Source: Candidatus Aenigmatarchaeota archaeon (GTDB taxonomy: Archaea; Aenigmatarchaeota; Aenigmatarchaeia; GW2011-AR5; JACRAC01). From it: a stretch of DNA of 64,000 nt. The notes beneath the pieces are model-generated. The model was given only the letters and a program-made list of their open reading frames with translations, searched no databases and was not told the DNA's origin. Below are positions 35,140-44,005 of the stretch, piece after piece. Both the position numbers and the translations under genes were made by a program. How positions within the stretch are numbered: position 1 is the first letter of the stretch; every line of letters begins with the position of its first letter. The DNA lies in NCBI GenBank assembly GCA_016187395.1, contig JACPJV010000033.1:2151-66150 (forward strand), in the 5' to 3' direction.

Positions 35140-36699
35140 ATGGAGACAAAGCTCGCTTCTATCATAGACGTTTTTGATGAAAGCAGCGTCAGAGGGCTTA
35201 TTTTACGCACCCTTGCGCAGGAATGGCCGCTTACTGCGCGGAAGCTTCATTCAAAGATTTCCCAAAAAAAGCAGCTCGGATACCACGCAATATACAAGTC
35301 TATTAACCAGATGGTAAAGGAGGGCATCCTGAAAAAAGAGGAAAACGGGTATTTAGTTAATATAGAATGGCTGGAAAAGGTCGATTCTGTATTCAGCCGG
35401 ATGCGGGGGCAGATAGGAACAAAACCCATGTACATACCAAGGCTTTCTGATATAAAGCAGGAGGGAGAAAACCATTCCTTTGTCTTTGAGAATCTCGCAG
35501 AAGCTGACAGGTACAGGAAAAAATTGCAGTCAGAATATCTGGAATCAAAAGAAAGCAAGAAGCCATACGTAGGCTTAAGTTATCATATGAGGAGCCCTCT
35601 TGTTTATGCAGAAAAATCAGCAAAAACAACAGACGTTGTTTCTAAGCAGAGAATACCGGTCTTCCTTCTGATCGAAGGAAACACGCCCGTTGATGAGTGG
35701 TGCGCAGACTACTATAGATTCCTATCGCTGAAAGTTCGCACAGGAATGAAAGGAACTGTTCATAACTGCGAAATAATGGTAGTAGGAGACCACATAGTTC
35801 AGATGTTTCTTCCAAAAAAGACCAACGAATATATAGATTCCTTGTACGGAAGAATGAGTCATGCATCGGAAATATCAATACCGGAGTTCTATTCAAAGGT
35901 CTTTCTGGAAAAATCAGACGTCAAAATAGTTGTAACCAAGAACAGCGCCCTGGCAGAACAGATAAGGCAGAACGCAATAAGCAAATTCGCAACCGACCGC
36001 GTTGCTGTCTTTAGTGTTCTTGGCACCTTTGTAGATTACTCCCTTTACTATGAGATTGCAAAAAACCTCGATGAAAAGGGTCTTTTAAACACGGATGAGG
36101 GAAAAGAACTTCTGAAGCTTGGGGAAAGCTGGAAGAAGGGAAAAATAAAGCAAGACACGTACCTGGAAAGTTATGTTAGTCATTATGCAAATGCCGTTAA
36201 AGGAAGGAGCACCTCTGATATTGAGGAAGCAATAAAATCCGTTGTAGATGATAACATCACAAATATTCTGTTAAAAAATGCCGCAAAACTCATGAGTTTC
36301 GCCTGTTCTTACACGGATACTGCGGCAATAACCAGGATGCCTCTTGAATTTGTCAAGGGACTGGAGCCTTACGTTATATTCAACCACATTATTGCAACTG
36401 CTTTGGAAGCAAAGAAAGGGGTATATACCGGAAAAATTTTGCATAATTTAATTTCTCAGAAAGCAAAGGAAAAAGCATTCTTGCAATGGTCAAAAAACAG
36501 GAACATGAAAGGGTCTCTGGGTTTTGGAAACAGAAGCAGCGATCTGGGATTTCTAAAGCACGTTGAAATTCCTATACTGGTGAATCCAAGCGGAAGGATG
36601 CAATCCTATGCAAAAAAACATAAGTGGAAATCTTATGGGAAAAAAGAGATTGGATATCTGGTAGAATACGTCAAGGAAGAGCTGCGTAGCGATGCGTGA
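35140..36699 (+). CDS. wHTH + central domain + degenerate HAD-IB-like domain protein (paralog 1)
   Basis: An N-terminal winged helix (ILRTLAQEWPLTARKL...GYHAIYKSINQMVKEGIL). The HAD motif I position reads FSVLGTF (no Asp) and motif III reads GFGNRSSD. Confidence 0.8.
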   Translation: METKLASIIDVFDESSVRGLILRTLAQEWPLTARKLHSKISQKKQLGYHAIYKSINQMVKEGILKKEENGYLVNIEWLEKVDSVFSRMRGQIGTKPMYIPRLSDIKQEGENHSFVFENLAEADRYRKKLQSEYLESKESKKPYVGLSYHMRSPLVYAEKSAKTTDVVSKQRIPVFLLIEGNTPVDEWCADYYRFLSLKVRTGMKGTVHNCEIMVVGDHIVQMFLPKKTNEYIDSLYGRMSHASEISIPEFYSKVFLEKSDVKIVVTKNSALAEQIRQNAISKFATDRVAVFSVLGTFVDYSLYYEIAKNLDEKGLLNTDEGKELLKLGESWKKGKIKQDTYLESYVSHYANAVKGRSTSDIEEAIKSVVDDNITNILLKNAAKLMSFACSYTDTAAITRMPLEFVKGLEPYVIFNHIIATALEAKKGVYTGKILHNLISQKAKEKAFLQWSKNRNMKGSLGFGNRSSDLGFLKHVEIPILVNPSGRMQSYAKKHKWKSYGKKEIGYLVEYVKEELRSDA

Positions 36700-36863
36700 G
36701 TGTATGTACATGAGTGAATGGACGTTTCTCTGCAGAGAAACGTCAGTTTGCCTCCGCTGCAGAGAAATGTGAGGTGTGAATGAATGCAGCGAGTGAATGG
36801 ACATTTTCTGCAGAAAATGTCATTTGCTTCCGTCGCCGCGGCGAAACGAGAGGTGTGTTTACG
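36697..36863 (+). repeat. leader-hairpin array L4 (plus-strand orientation)
   Basis: Contains gacgtttctc-tgca-gagaaacgtc and gacattttc-tgca-gaaaatgtc. 36781-36856 is the perfect reverse complement of 15339-15414. The array ends in gagaggtgtgtttacg directly before the ATG. Confidence 0.8.
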
Positions 36864-38387
36864 ATGGCAGAAGAGAATAGCGTAAAGAATATAGTGCTTT
36901 ATGAGCTTGCAAGAAAGTGGCCTGAAAACGTGCATCAGCTTCATGAAAGAGTACTGGCAAAAAGGCCCGGGATAACGTACCATGCTGTTCATAAGGCTGT
37001 CTCGCAATTAACCAGACACGGTGTTCTCAAAAAGGACAGCAATTCATACTACATATCTCCTGACTGGACAGAAGGAGTGTCAGCACTTCTTGAAAACATA
37101 AAAAACAGCTATATCTATACAAAACCCGCATTCCTCCCGGGATTGAAAGATTTCGTACAGGAGGGAGAAACAAAAGCCTTGATTTTTGACAATCTGGAAA
37201 AAGCAGATGACTATAAAAAGCGTCTCCAGTGGGAGTATCTGATAGCAACAGGAGAAAGAAAACCTTATTGCTCTATGATGCAACACCTGCGTTCTCCGAT
37301 TATAGCCAGTGAAAAGGCGCTTAACATACTGACAATGGCACAGCAGGCAAAGTCAGAGGCATTTGTTTTGGTAGCAGGAAATACTCCATTAGACGGCTGG
37401 TGCGCAGATTACTATAGAAACGAGTTTGTTAAGGTGCAGACTGACATCAAGTGTGCAGAAACATGCGAAACTGCGGTTTTGGGCGACATAGTTATACAGG
37501 TGTATATACCAGATGACCTGCAAAAGGCTCTTGATGCGGTATACAGCCGCTCCCAGCACGTCGCTGACATTAGCATGCCTGAATTCTACAGCATTTACAG
37601 AAGATCTGCCAACATCAAGTTTGCAGTAATGAAAAATGCGGAGATTGCGCAGCAGCTGCGAAACCAGATACTCGAAAACTTTAAGCGCAGCAGGATAGCC
37701 GCCTTTGATATAAACGGAACACTGGTGGAGGGTTTTCTGGTAAAAAGATTTTTGATGTATCTGACAGCGCTCGGAGTTGTGGAAGACAAATATCTGGAAA
37801 AGGCAAACCTGTTGAAGGAAATGGAGTCTGCAGGAAACATTATGCATAAAAAACATATAGAAAAAACAATGGAACTGTATGCCAGGGCACTTAAGGGAAA
37901 GAAGAGGGAAGAAATAGAGATATTGGCAGATAAGTTTATTGCAGAAGGAATGCACAGCCTGTATGAGCTTTTTCCCTTCGCAACAAGATTCTTTTTCCGC
38001 GCCAATTCCTATTTCCGGACATTAGCGATAACAAAAACAACCTCGGAAATAATGAACGCCTTTTTGCATATATTGCCTTTCGACTTTGCGATCACCTCAG
38101 AGTTAGAAGTGAAAAACGGCGTATACACAGGAAGATACACCAGAAATATGGCAGGCTACAATGCCAAGAAAAGAGCCCTCAAACAGTGGCTGGAAAAAAA
38201 CGGGGAGAGAAATATCTACATAGGTTTTGGAAACAGGCCTGAAGATCTGGCATTTTTGGAAAAATCCTCTAGAATAGTCATTGTAAAATCCGAAGAAAGC
38301 GGTTTTTGGGACAAGAAGAAGATGAAAAAGGTAATCCTGATAGACCCAAAGGAATACAGCAAGGACATCCTTGATGCGATAAAGTAA
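36864..38387 (+). CDS. wHTH + central domain + HAD-IB-like domain protein (paralog 2)
   Basis: Same layout as 35140-36699. Motif I is FDINGTL (second Asp replaced by Asn) and motif III is GFGNRPED. Confidence 0.8.
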   Translation: MAEENSVKNIVLYELARKWPENVHQLHERVLAKRPGITYHAVHKAVSQLTRHGVLKKDSNSYYISPDWTEGVSALLENIKNSYIYTKPAFLPGLKDFVQEGETKALIFDNLEKADDYKKRLQWEYLIATGERKPYCSMMQHLRSPIIASEKALNILTMAQQAKSEAFVLVAGNTPLDGWCADYYRNEFVKVQTDIKCAETCETAVLGDIVIQVYIPDDLQKALDAVYSRSQHVADISMPEFYSIYRRSANIKFAVMKNAEIAQQLRNQILENFKRSRIAAFDINGTLVEGFLVKRFLMYLTALGVVEDKYLEKANLLKEMESAGNIMHKKHIEKTMELYARALKGKKREEIEILADKFIAEGMHSLYELFPFATRFFFRANSYFRTLAITKTTSEIMNAFLHILPFDFAITSELEVKNGVYTGRYTRNMAGYNAKKRALKQWLEKNGERNIYIGFGNRPEDLAFLEKSSRIVIVKSEESGFWDKKKMKKVILIDPKEYSKDILDAIK

Positions 38388-38504
38388 GCTTAAGAATTTA
38401 ACCCATCTATTAGTAGTCCCTTTTGTGCCAACTAAAATTGTCCTGAAAGGCAAAGGGTAGACTTAAAAAGTGTATTAAAAACAATAAAAAGGGGTGTGCG
38501 TTGG

Positions 38505-39809
38505 ATGAGCGAGGCTGCTGTTTTAGCGAAAGGTTTGGACGGAGGAGAGCACTCCAGGGAAGGTATTAGCAATGTCGGATTCGCAGACGTAGACAGGACC
38601 CTCGCCAGAGGGCGGACTTTAAGGATTGGCAGGGAGCCTGGCATAGCTGGTCTTTTAAGAGGAACGAGATTGGAAGAAGGTTATATACTTCCATCATGGA
38701 CAGAGTACCTTGCTGAAAGAAAACGAGAAATCAGGGAACACGCTGATAGAATGAGAAGGGTGGAAGAAGATATACACAAAGGCGCATTCTCTTTTTTGGA
38801 GGGAGCATCCAAAATTTTTGACATATATCTGGCAGCCGTTCATGGAATGAGCTTTGATGAGGCTGTTCAATATGCCGAAGAGTTTGCAGATCAAGTAGAG
38901 ACGTATCCGCACACAAAAGAGCTATTTGGAACAATGAGCGAACATGAATTCAGAATGTACTCGTTGACTGCAAACCCTGAAGAACTTATGCGCGGAATCG
39001 CAAGACGCTGGGAAAGGGAAGGAATAAACCTTAGCATAGGAATAACTACGAAAATCCGGCGGGACGCGCAGGGAAGATTCAACGGCAAGATATTGTGGAG
39101 ACCCCTGACCGGACTTGAAAAAAGATTTATGCTAAGCAAATTTGCACGTGATAACGGAATAGACTTGTCACGCTCAATTTGTTTTGGAGACTCCCCGTTC
39201 AGCGACGGTGCTTCCCTTGCCCTGGTTGGGAAAGGATATCTGGTTTCAGCAAATGGAGAGAGTGAACCGGACAAATTATGGGGGATAGAGCCTTACGGCA
39301 GAGAGGCATTAATTTCACACCTGGAAAGAAAAGAAGAAACAACTCAGGATAGAGTTAGGGATGAACCAAGAATACGAAGGGTAAAGACCGGAGACGTAAG
39401 AAGATTTGCACAGAGGTACGTGGATGCAACAGATTTGGTGAGCCTTCTGCAGATTGCTGCACAAGCACCCTTTAGTGAGGATGTGAGAGAAAAACTTCTG
39501 GCAGAGGCCAATGACATGGCAGATGCCCTTCTCGAAAGGGGCGATTACAGAAAAAAGGGCCTTAGGGACAGAGTATCCTATATGGCTTCAAGATTCCAGG
39601 AAGCGCTTAGAGGATTGCCACCAGATGTCTATATGAAAGAGATGAGAACAGGATCTTCAGGTATTACGCACAGGGGGACACCGCTTTCATCAGTCGTAGG
39701 CAGAATGTATCCCTTCCCCTATAGATCAGGAGGGCTATACAATTTCGTTGATAGAGCGGTGAATAATTTCCATCCAAACAGAGGCAGAACAGAAAGGAGA
39801 ATATCTTAA
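38505..39809 (+). CDS. HAD-IB family hydrolase-like protein with a C-terminal extension
   Basis: Intact motifs FADVDRTL, SLTANP and CFGDSPFSD. There is no wHTH. The track start is the GTG at 38496. Confidence 0.75.
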   Translation: MSEAAVLAKGLDGGEHSREGISNVGFADVDRTLARGRTLRIGREPGIAGLLRGTRLEEGYILPSWTEYLAERKREIREHADRMRRVEEDIHKGAFSFLEGASKIFDIYLAAVHGMSFDEAVQYAEEFADQVETYPHTKELFGTMSEHEFRMYSLTANPEELMRGIARRWEREGINLSIGITTKIRRDAQGRFNGKILWRPLTGLEKRFMLSKFARDNGIDLSRSICFGDSPFSDGASLALVGKGYLVSANGESEPDKLWGIEPYGREALISHLERKEETTQDRVRDEPRIRRVKTGDVRRFAQRYVDATDLVSLLQIAAQAPFSEDVREKLLAEANDMADALLERGDYRKKGLRDRVSYMASRFQEALRGLPPDVYMKEMRTGSSGITHRGTPLSSVVGRMYPFPYRSGGLYNFVDRAVNNFHPNRGRTERRIS

Positions 39810-39843
39810 TTCAAATTAATACTTTCCAACCTTCATCTTTTCT

Positions 39844-40488
39844 ATGCAGGAACAAAAAATCAAAAAAATGATATCGCTTCTCTCAAAAGGTCAGGGCAAA
39901 ACCATGCTTGGCTCTATTGGAGAAAAGAAAAACGCATTCAAAGTTCTCATATCCACAGTCCTAAGCGCGCGCACAAAAGATTCCACGACCATTCCTATAG
40001 CGCAAAAGCTGTTCAGGAAATATAAAAATCCAGAAGACTTTTTGAAAGCGCCATTGAAGCAGCTGGAAAAAGAAATCTATGGCATCGGCTTCTACCGCGT
40101 GAAAGCAAGCCGGTTGAAACAATTATGCAAGATACTTATTGAAAAATATCATGGAATTGTTCCGCAAACAATGGAACAGCTTTTAGAGCTGCCAGGCGTT
40201 GGAAGAAAAACAGCTAATTGTGTTTTAGTCTATGCCTTCCGCAAGCCGGCTATACCAGTAGATGTGCACGTGCATCGCATCAGCAACCGCCTTGGCCTGG
40301 TGAAAACAGAAAAGCCAGAAGAAACAGAAATGCGGCTAATGGAAATTGTGCCAAGAAAATACTGGATTGATGTTAACGAACTTCTAGTAAGGCACGGCCA
40401 GACTATATGCCTTCCGCAGTCGCCGTTCTGCAGCAGGTGCCCTGTTTTTGACCTGTGCGATAGAAATGGCGTTACAAGAAGCAGATGA
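39844..40488 (+). CDS. nth: endonuclease III
   Basis: HhH-GPD motif LPGVGRKTANCVL, a catalytic Asp region and the C-terminal 4Fe-4S cluster CLPQSPFCSRCPVFDLC. Confidence 0.9.
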   Translation: MQEQKIKKMISLLSKGQGKTMLGSIGEKKNAFKVLISTVLSARTKDSTTIPIAQKLFRKYKNPEDFLKAPLKQLEKEIYGIGFYRVKASRLKQLCKILIEKYHGIVPQTMEQLLELPGVGRKTANCVLVYAFRKPAIPVDVHVHRISNRLGLVKTEKPEETEMRLMEIVPRKYWIDVNELLVRHGQTICLPQSPFCSRCPVFDLCDRNGVTRSR

Positions 40489-40500
40489 ACAACTTGGGAT

Positions 40501-41100
40501 TCAACCAAAGGATTTGGCGAGTTTTCGCTTCTCTAGTTTATTTCTAGAATAGGCATGCCTCTTTTCCACAATGTATTGAAGAACTATTGAAGCAGAAGAG
40601 CTAAGGTTCATGCTTTCAATAATACCATACATAGGTATTTGGATACAGAAATCGCAGGCGTCTAAGGCTTCTTGTGATAAACCACGGGTTTCATTCCCGA
40701 ACCATACGGCCAGATGATGCTGGATATACTTCCCTTCCGAAAGAGGAACGTTCTTTTTCCCTATCGGATGCGAAGATGTTCCTACATTGATAAAATTTTT
40801 TTTAGCCAAGTACTGTAAGCATTCAGCTGTAGAAGAAAATTTCTTCACATATAGCCATTTAATTCCAGAAGCGCTTAAGTTAAGCAATTTAGGATCCTCA
40901 CGCATATTCTGCCAATCTTTCGGAAGTTTCAACCTGCCATCATCAATTATGTATACTTTACCAACGCTCAACGCTTCCGCTGTTCTGATTATTCCCGTCA
41001 AATTGTTGATGTATTTGGGATTTTCGACAACACAAACCAACGTTCTGGACCTGAAGACCGAAGCCCTGTCGGCCTTTTCTCGCAGAGATGCTCGCGACAT
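40501..41100 (-). CDS. SpoU/TrmH-family RNA 2'-O-methyltransferase
   Basis: VWFGNETRGLS and IPMYGIIESMNLSSSASIVL motifs. Confidence 0.8.
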   Translation of the reverse strand: MSRASLREKADRASVFRSRTLVCVVENPKYINNLTGIIRTAEALSVGKVYIIDDGRLKLPKDWQNMREDPKLLNLSASGIKWLYVKKFSSTAECLQYLAKKNFINVGTSSHPIGKKNVPLSEGKYIQHHLAVWFGNETRGLSQEALDACDFCIQIPMYGIIESMNLSSSASIVLQYIVEKRHAYSRNKLEKRKLAKSFG

Positions 41101-41196
41101 TCTCGACCCCCCAAATCATTCAAATTTCCTGACCCCTTCCATATCATCACTTCTTCTTCCCGACCTCCCGGAAGAATCCTTCCATAAATAATCCCG

Positions 41197-42240
41197 CTAT
41201 TCATATTCCGGCTCTCCTGTTTCTTCGTTCCAGAAATACACATCCTTTTTCTCCTTTCTTTCATCCTTATCTTTGCCTTTTGGCTTAGGATTCCTCTCTT
41301 TTGTTTCTTCCTTGGACTTCCTTTCACCGTGATTTTTCTCTGCCTTCGGAACTTCTTTCCTCCCTGCTTCCTTATCTTTTCCCACCATCTTCTTTTCATG
41401 TTTGGCCATATGCCTTTTGCCCTTAGCCCAGGTCAACCTGTTGGTTCTTCCTTTCTTCTTCTTCTCCACGATCCCCTTTTCAGCAAGCTTTTGCACTATG
41501 CGGGTCATCTTAGCCCTCGAAAAATGGAACTCTTTCTCGATGTTGTTTTGATAAGCAATTTTATTTTTCTTCACGAATTCTATTACCTTTGCTTCGTCCT
41601 CGCTAAAGCCCTGGAGGAACTCCTTGTACGATCTTTTCCTATAATAAAAAATCCCTAGCAACGCAACAACAACAGCTATAAATCCTATAAGTATAGGAAA
41701 CATACTGAGCTCCTCTGCCTTTCTGAATCTCACAGATATCAAGGCAGATCTGGGGTTTTCAAAATCCCATGTCAGAATAATTCTGCTGCCATCGGATATT
41801 ATTTCAGCTCCTCTAGGAAAGTGGGAGTCAGTTATATAGCCTACCGGCAGTTTCACCACTATCTGCATCTGCTTCACTGAAAATTCCAAGGAAAGGTCAG
41901 CCAAAAACTGCTTTATATCGCCGCTTGTGAATATGAATTTCTCTGATGAGAATTCCAGGAAAAATTTTGCATCTCTCAGGAAAACCTGGGTTATAGTACT
42001 ATCAGAAGTTTCGTTTATCTTGTACTCGAGAGGTCCCTTGCTGTCATAAACCCGGAATCCTAAGAGCTCGTCTGTTCTGAAGTTCATGGATTTTATCCCA
42101 GAATCCCCAACATCTATCTCCAAGAGCACATGAGCTTCGTTCTCGCTCAGTGTAAAACTCATTTTATAACTCTCAACTTCTTGAGCAAAAGCTATGCCAG
42201 ATATAATTGTTATGAACAGCAAGACCAGTGATATTTTCAT
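41197..42240 (-). CDS. membrane-anchored winged-helix protein with a Lys/Glu-rich tail
   Basis: Signal peptide, ectodomain, one TM helix (FPILIGFIAVVVALLGIFYY), then the wHTH VIEFVKKNKIAYQNNIEKEFHFSRAKMTRIVQKLAEKGIV. Confidence 0.7.
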   Translation of the reverse strand: MKISLVLLFITIISGIAFAQEVESYKMSFTLSENEAHVLLEIDVGDSGIKSMNFRTDELLGFRVYDSKGPLEYKINETSDSTITQVFLRDAKFFLEFSSEKFIFTSGDIKQFLADLSLEFSVKQMQIVVKLPVGYITDSHFPRGAEIISDGSRIILTWDFENPRSALISVRFRKAEELSMFPILIGFIAVVVALLGIFYYRKRSYKEFLQGFSEDEAKVIEFVKKNKIAYQNNIEKEFHFSRAKMTRIVQKLAEKGIVEKKKKGRTNRLTWAKGKRHMAKHEKKMVGKDKEAGRKEVPKAEKNHGERKSKEETKERNPKPKGKDKDERKEKKDVYFWNEETGEPEYE

Positions 42241-42409
42241 AGATCTATTCTTACAGAAACGATTTTAAAGGATATTTTTGATGGAAGAATGCAAAAGTTC
42301 AACTGTTTCATATTGTTTCACGGCAATCTTATGTTTCTGAAACATACATATATAGCAATAGGAATGGTGCGACCGCGAAAGCGGGTTTCATCATCTTAGA
42401 GGTGTATGT

Positions 42410-43387
42410 ATGAAAGCAATTGCGGTTGCCATATTATTGGCGCTTGCATCGATTATGCCAGCATTGGCGCAGACAACAACCATAGAAACAAACGTAGACT
42501 TTGACTCGCCTGTTGTGACAGATGCTCAGATACAGTCTGTAGAAACAGAATTTTCAACAGCCACGGTACCAGGAGATTTCAGCTATCCTTTCAAACGCTT
42601 CGGCGAATGGGTACGTGATGTATTTACATTTGACAGGAAAGCTAAGGCAGAGCTGAAGGTTGAGTTTGCAAGGGAAAGGCTTGCAGAAGCCCGTCTTCTT
42701 GCAGAAGAAGGAGAGAGTGATCAGGCAGAAGACCTTGCTTTAGAATCCGAGGGTCAGGCTGAAGATGCACAGGAACTCATTTCAGAGGAGTCAGAAGAAA
42801 ACGGATTGGGTGAAGATGTAAGAGAAATAGCCCGAACAGCCGAAGATGTACTTCAAAAGAGCATCTTGGTGCTGCAGCTTGTAAGAGAAAAAGTTCCAGA
42901 GCAGGCACAGGAAAGGATAGACGCAGTAATAGGCAGAATGATAGGGCATAGAGCAGAAATCCGTGCCAGAATAGAAGCAAGACACAATGAGACAGAATCA
43001 GAAATGGAGGACCTGGTTGAGGAAAGACGCGAGGAAATAAGGATTAGGGTTGAGCAGAGATTCGAAAGTCTCTCAGAAAAACTTTTGCAGAGAACAGAAG
43101 AGAAAGTGGACGAACTAGAGGAGGAACTTGCAGAAGCCCAAGCTGAAGGAGACGAAGATAAATCAGCAGAGATAGCTGAAAAAATAGAATCCTTGCAGTC
43201 AAGAATCGAAAACCTCCAAGAAACCAGAGCTGAAATAGATCAGAGACCCGGAACAGGCATAGAGGTCGAGATAGAGGAAGAAACGGAGATCGAATCAGAA
43301 ACTGAGATGGAAGATGATAGCGATTCAGGCAATAGTGGAACAGGGTCTGCGAGTGCTGGAATGGGAATGCAAGAGTCTATGCAATAA
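42410..43387 (+). CDS. secreted Glu-rich coiled-coil protein (DUF5667-like N-terminus by recollection)
   Basis: Signal peptide, FKRFGEWVRDVFTF and long acidic helical repeats. Confidence 0.65.
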   Translation: MKAIAVAILLALASIMPALAQTTTIETNVDFDSPVVTDAQIQSVETEFSTATVPGDFSYPFKRFGEWVRDVFTFDRKAKAELKVEFARERLAEARLLAEEGESDQAEDLALESEGQAEDAQELISEESEENGLGEDVREIARTAEDVLQKSILVLQLVREKVPEQAQERIDAVIGRMIGHRAEIRARIEARHNETESEMEDLVEERREEIRIRVEQRFESLSEKLLQRTEEKVDELEEELAEAQAEGDEDKSAEIAEKIESLQSRIENLQETRAEIDQRPGTGIEVEIEEETEIESETEMEDDSDSGNSGTGSASAGMGMQESMQ

Positions 43388-43417
43388 GTAAGAGGATTTT
43401 TTGTTACCATATCATGA

Positions 43418-43517
43418 TCGCCTTAGTGCGTTGCGGCTTTTAATCGGCACCACACCCGATTAACAAGGCGAGCAGCGCGCCACAGCGGGCGATATGCTGC
43501 GTGGCGCGCCTTTTTTT
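43418..43517 (+). ncRNA. GC-rich double-hairpin segment ending in T7 (small RNA or terminator-like 3' structure)
   Basis: tcgcctt...aaggcga encloses ttaatcgg-caccacac-ccgattaa. It is followed by gcgcgccac...gtggcgcgc and ttttttt. The segment looks clearly more GC-rich than its flanks by eye. Confidence 0.35.
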
Positions 43518-43521
43518 ATCT

Positions 43522-43628
43522 TCGGAAGCCTCCTCTTAAAACCTCCACCTTCAGGTGGAGGATAAGATACGGAAGGCTTCCGAGATGCTTTGCTCTAGGA
43601 AACCCACACCTTTAGGTGTGGGAGTATA
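43522..43628 (+). repeat. S2 structured element, copy C
   Basis: In order: outer stem 5' half tcggaagcctcc; tcttaaaa; hairpin cctccacc-ttca-ggtggagg; ataagatac; outer stem 3' half ggaaggcttccga; linker gatgctttgctctaggaa; hairpin acccacacc-ttta-ggtgtggg. Confidence 0.65.
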
Positions 43629-43721
43629 CAGAGCAAATTATTCTTTGTTTTTCTTCATCTGACAGGAGCGCTGAAATAAATCTCCGGATTTCAGGATCCC
43701 TGATATCCTCTATTTCAGGGG

Positions 43722-43949
43722 TTACTGAAGCAGTCCGGCTCCTTTCTTTTCACTGATTGCGCCTGCATTTACCAGAGCTTTATAATGAACATCAAAAACA
43801 TCTCCTGAATCCCGGAGGCCAGCGTTTTTTCTGAAGTATTCCCATGGTATATCAACTCCGCCCCTGAATCTCAGTTTTTTGACATAATTCCCAATCATAA
43901 GATATTTCATCTTCAAGCCGCCGAAAACCTCTGCTCTGCGATCCAGCAT
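43722..43949 (-). CDS. hypothetical protein
   Basis: 75-aa ORF. No family recognised. Confidence 0.35.
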   Translation of the reverse strand: MLDRRAEVFGGLKMKYLMIGNYVKKLRFRGGVDIPWEYFRKNAGLRDSGDVFDVHYKALVNAGAISEKKGAGLLQ

Positions 43950-44005
43950 CTTTTCAATAAAGCATCCAAAATTCCCTATTAAAAATTTCGCTGCGCTCCT
44001 TTGGC

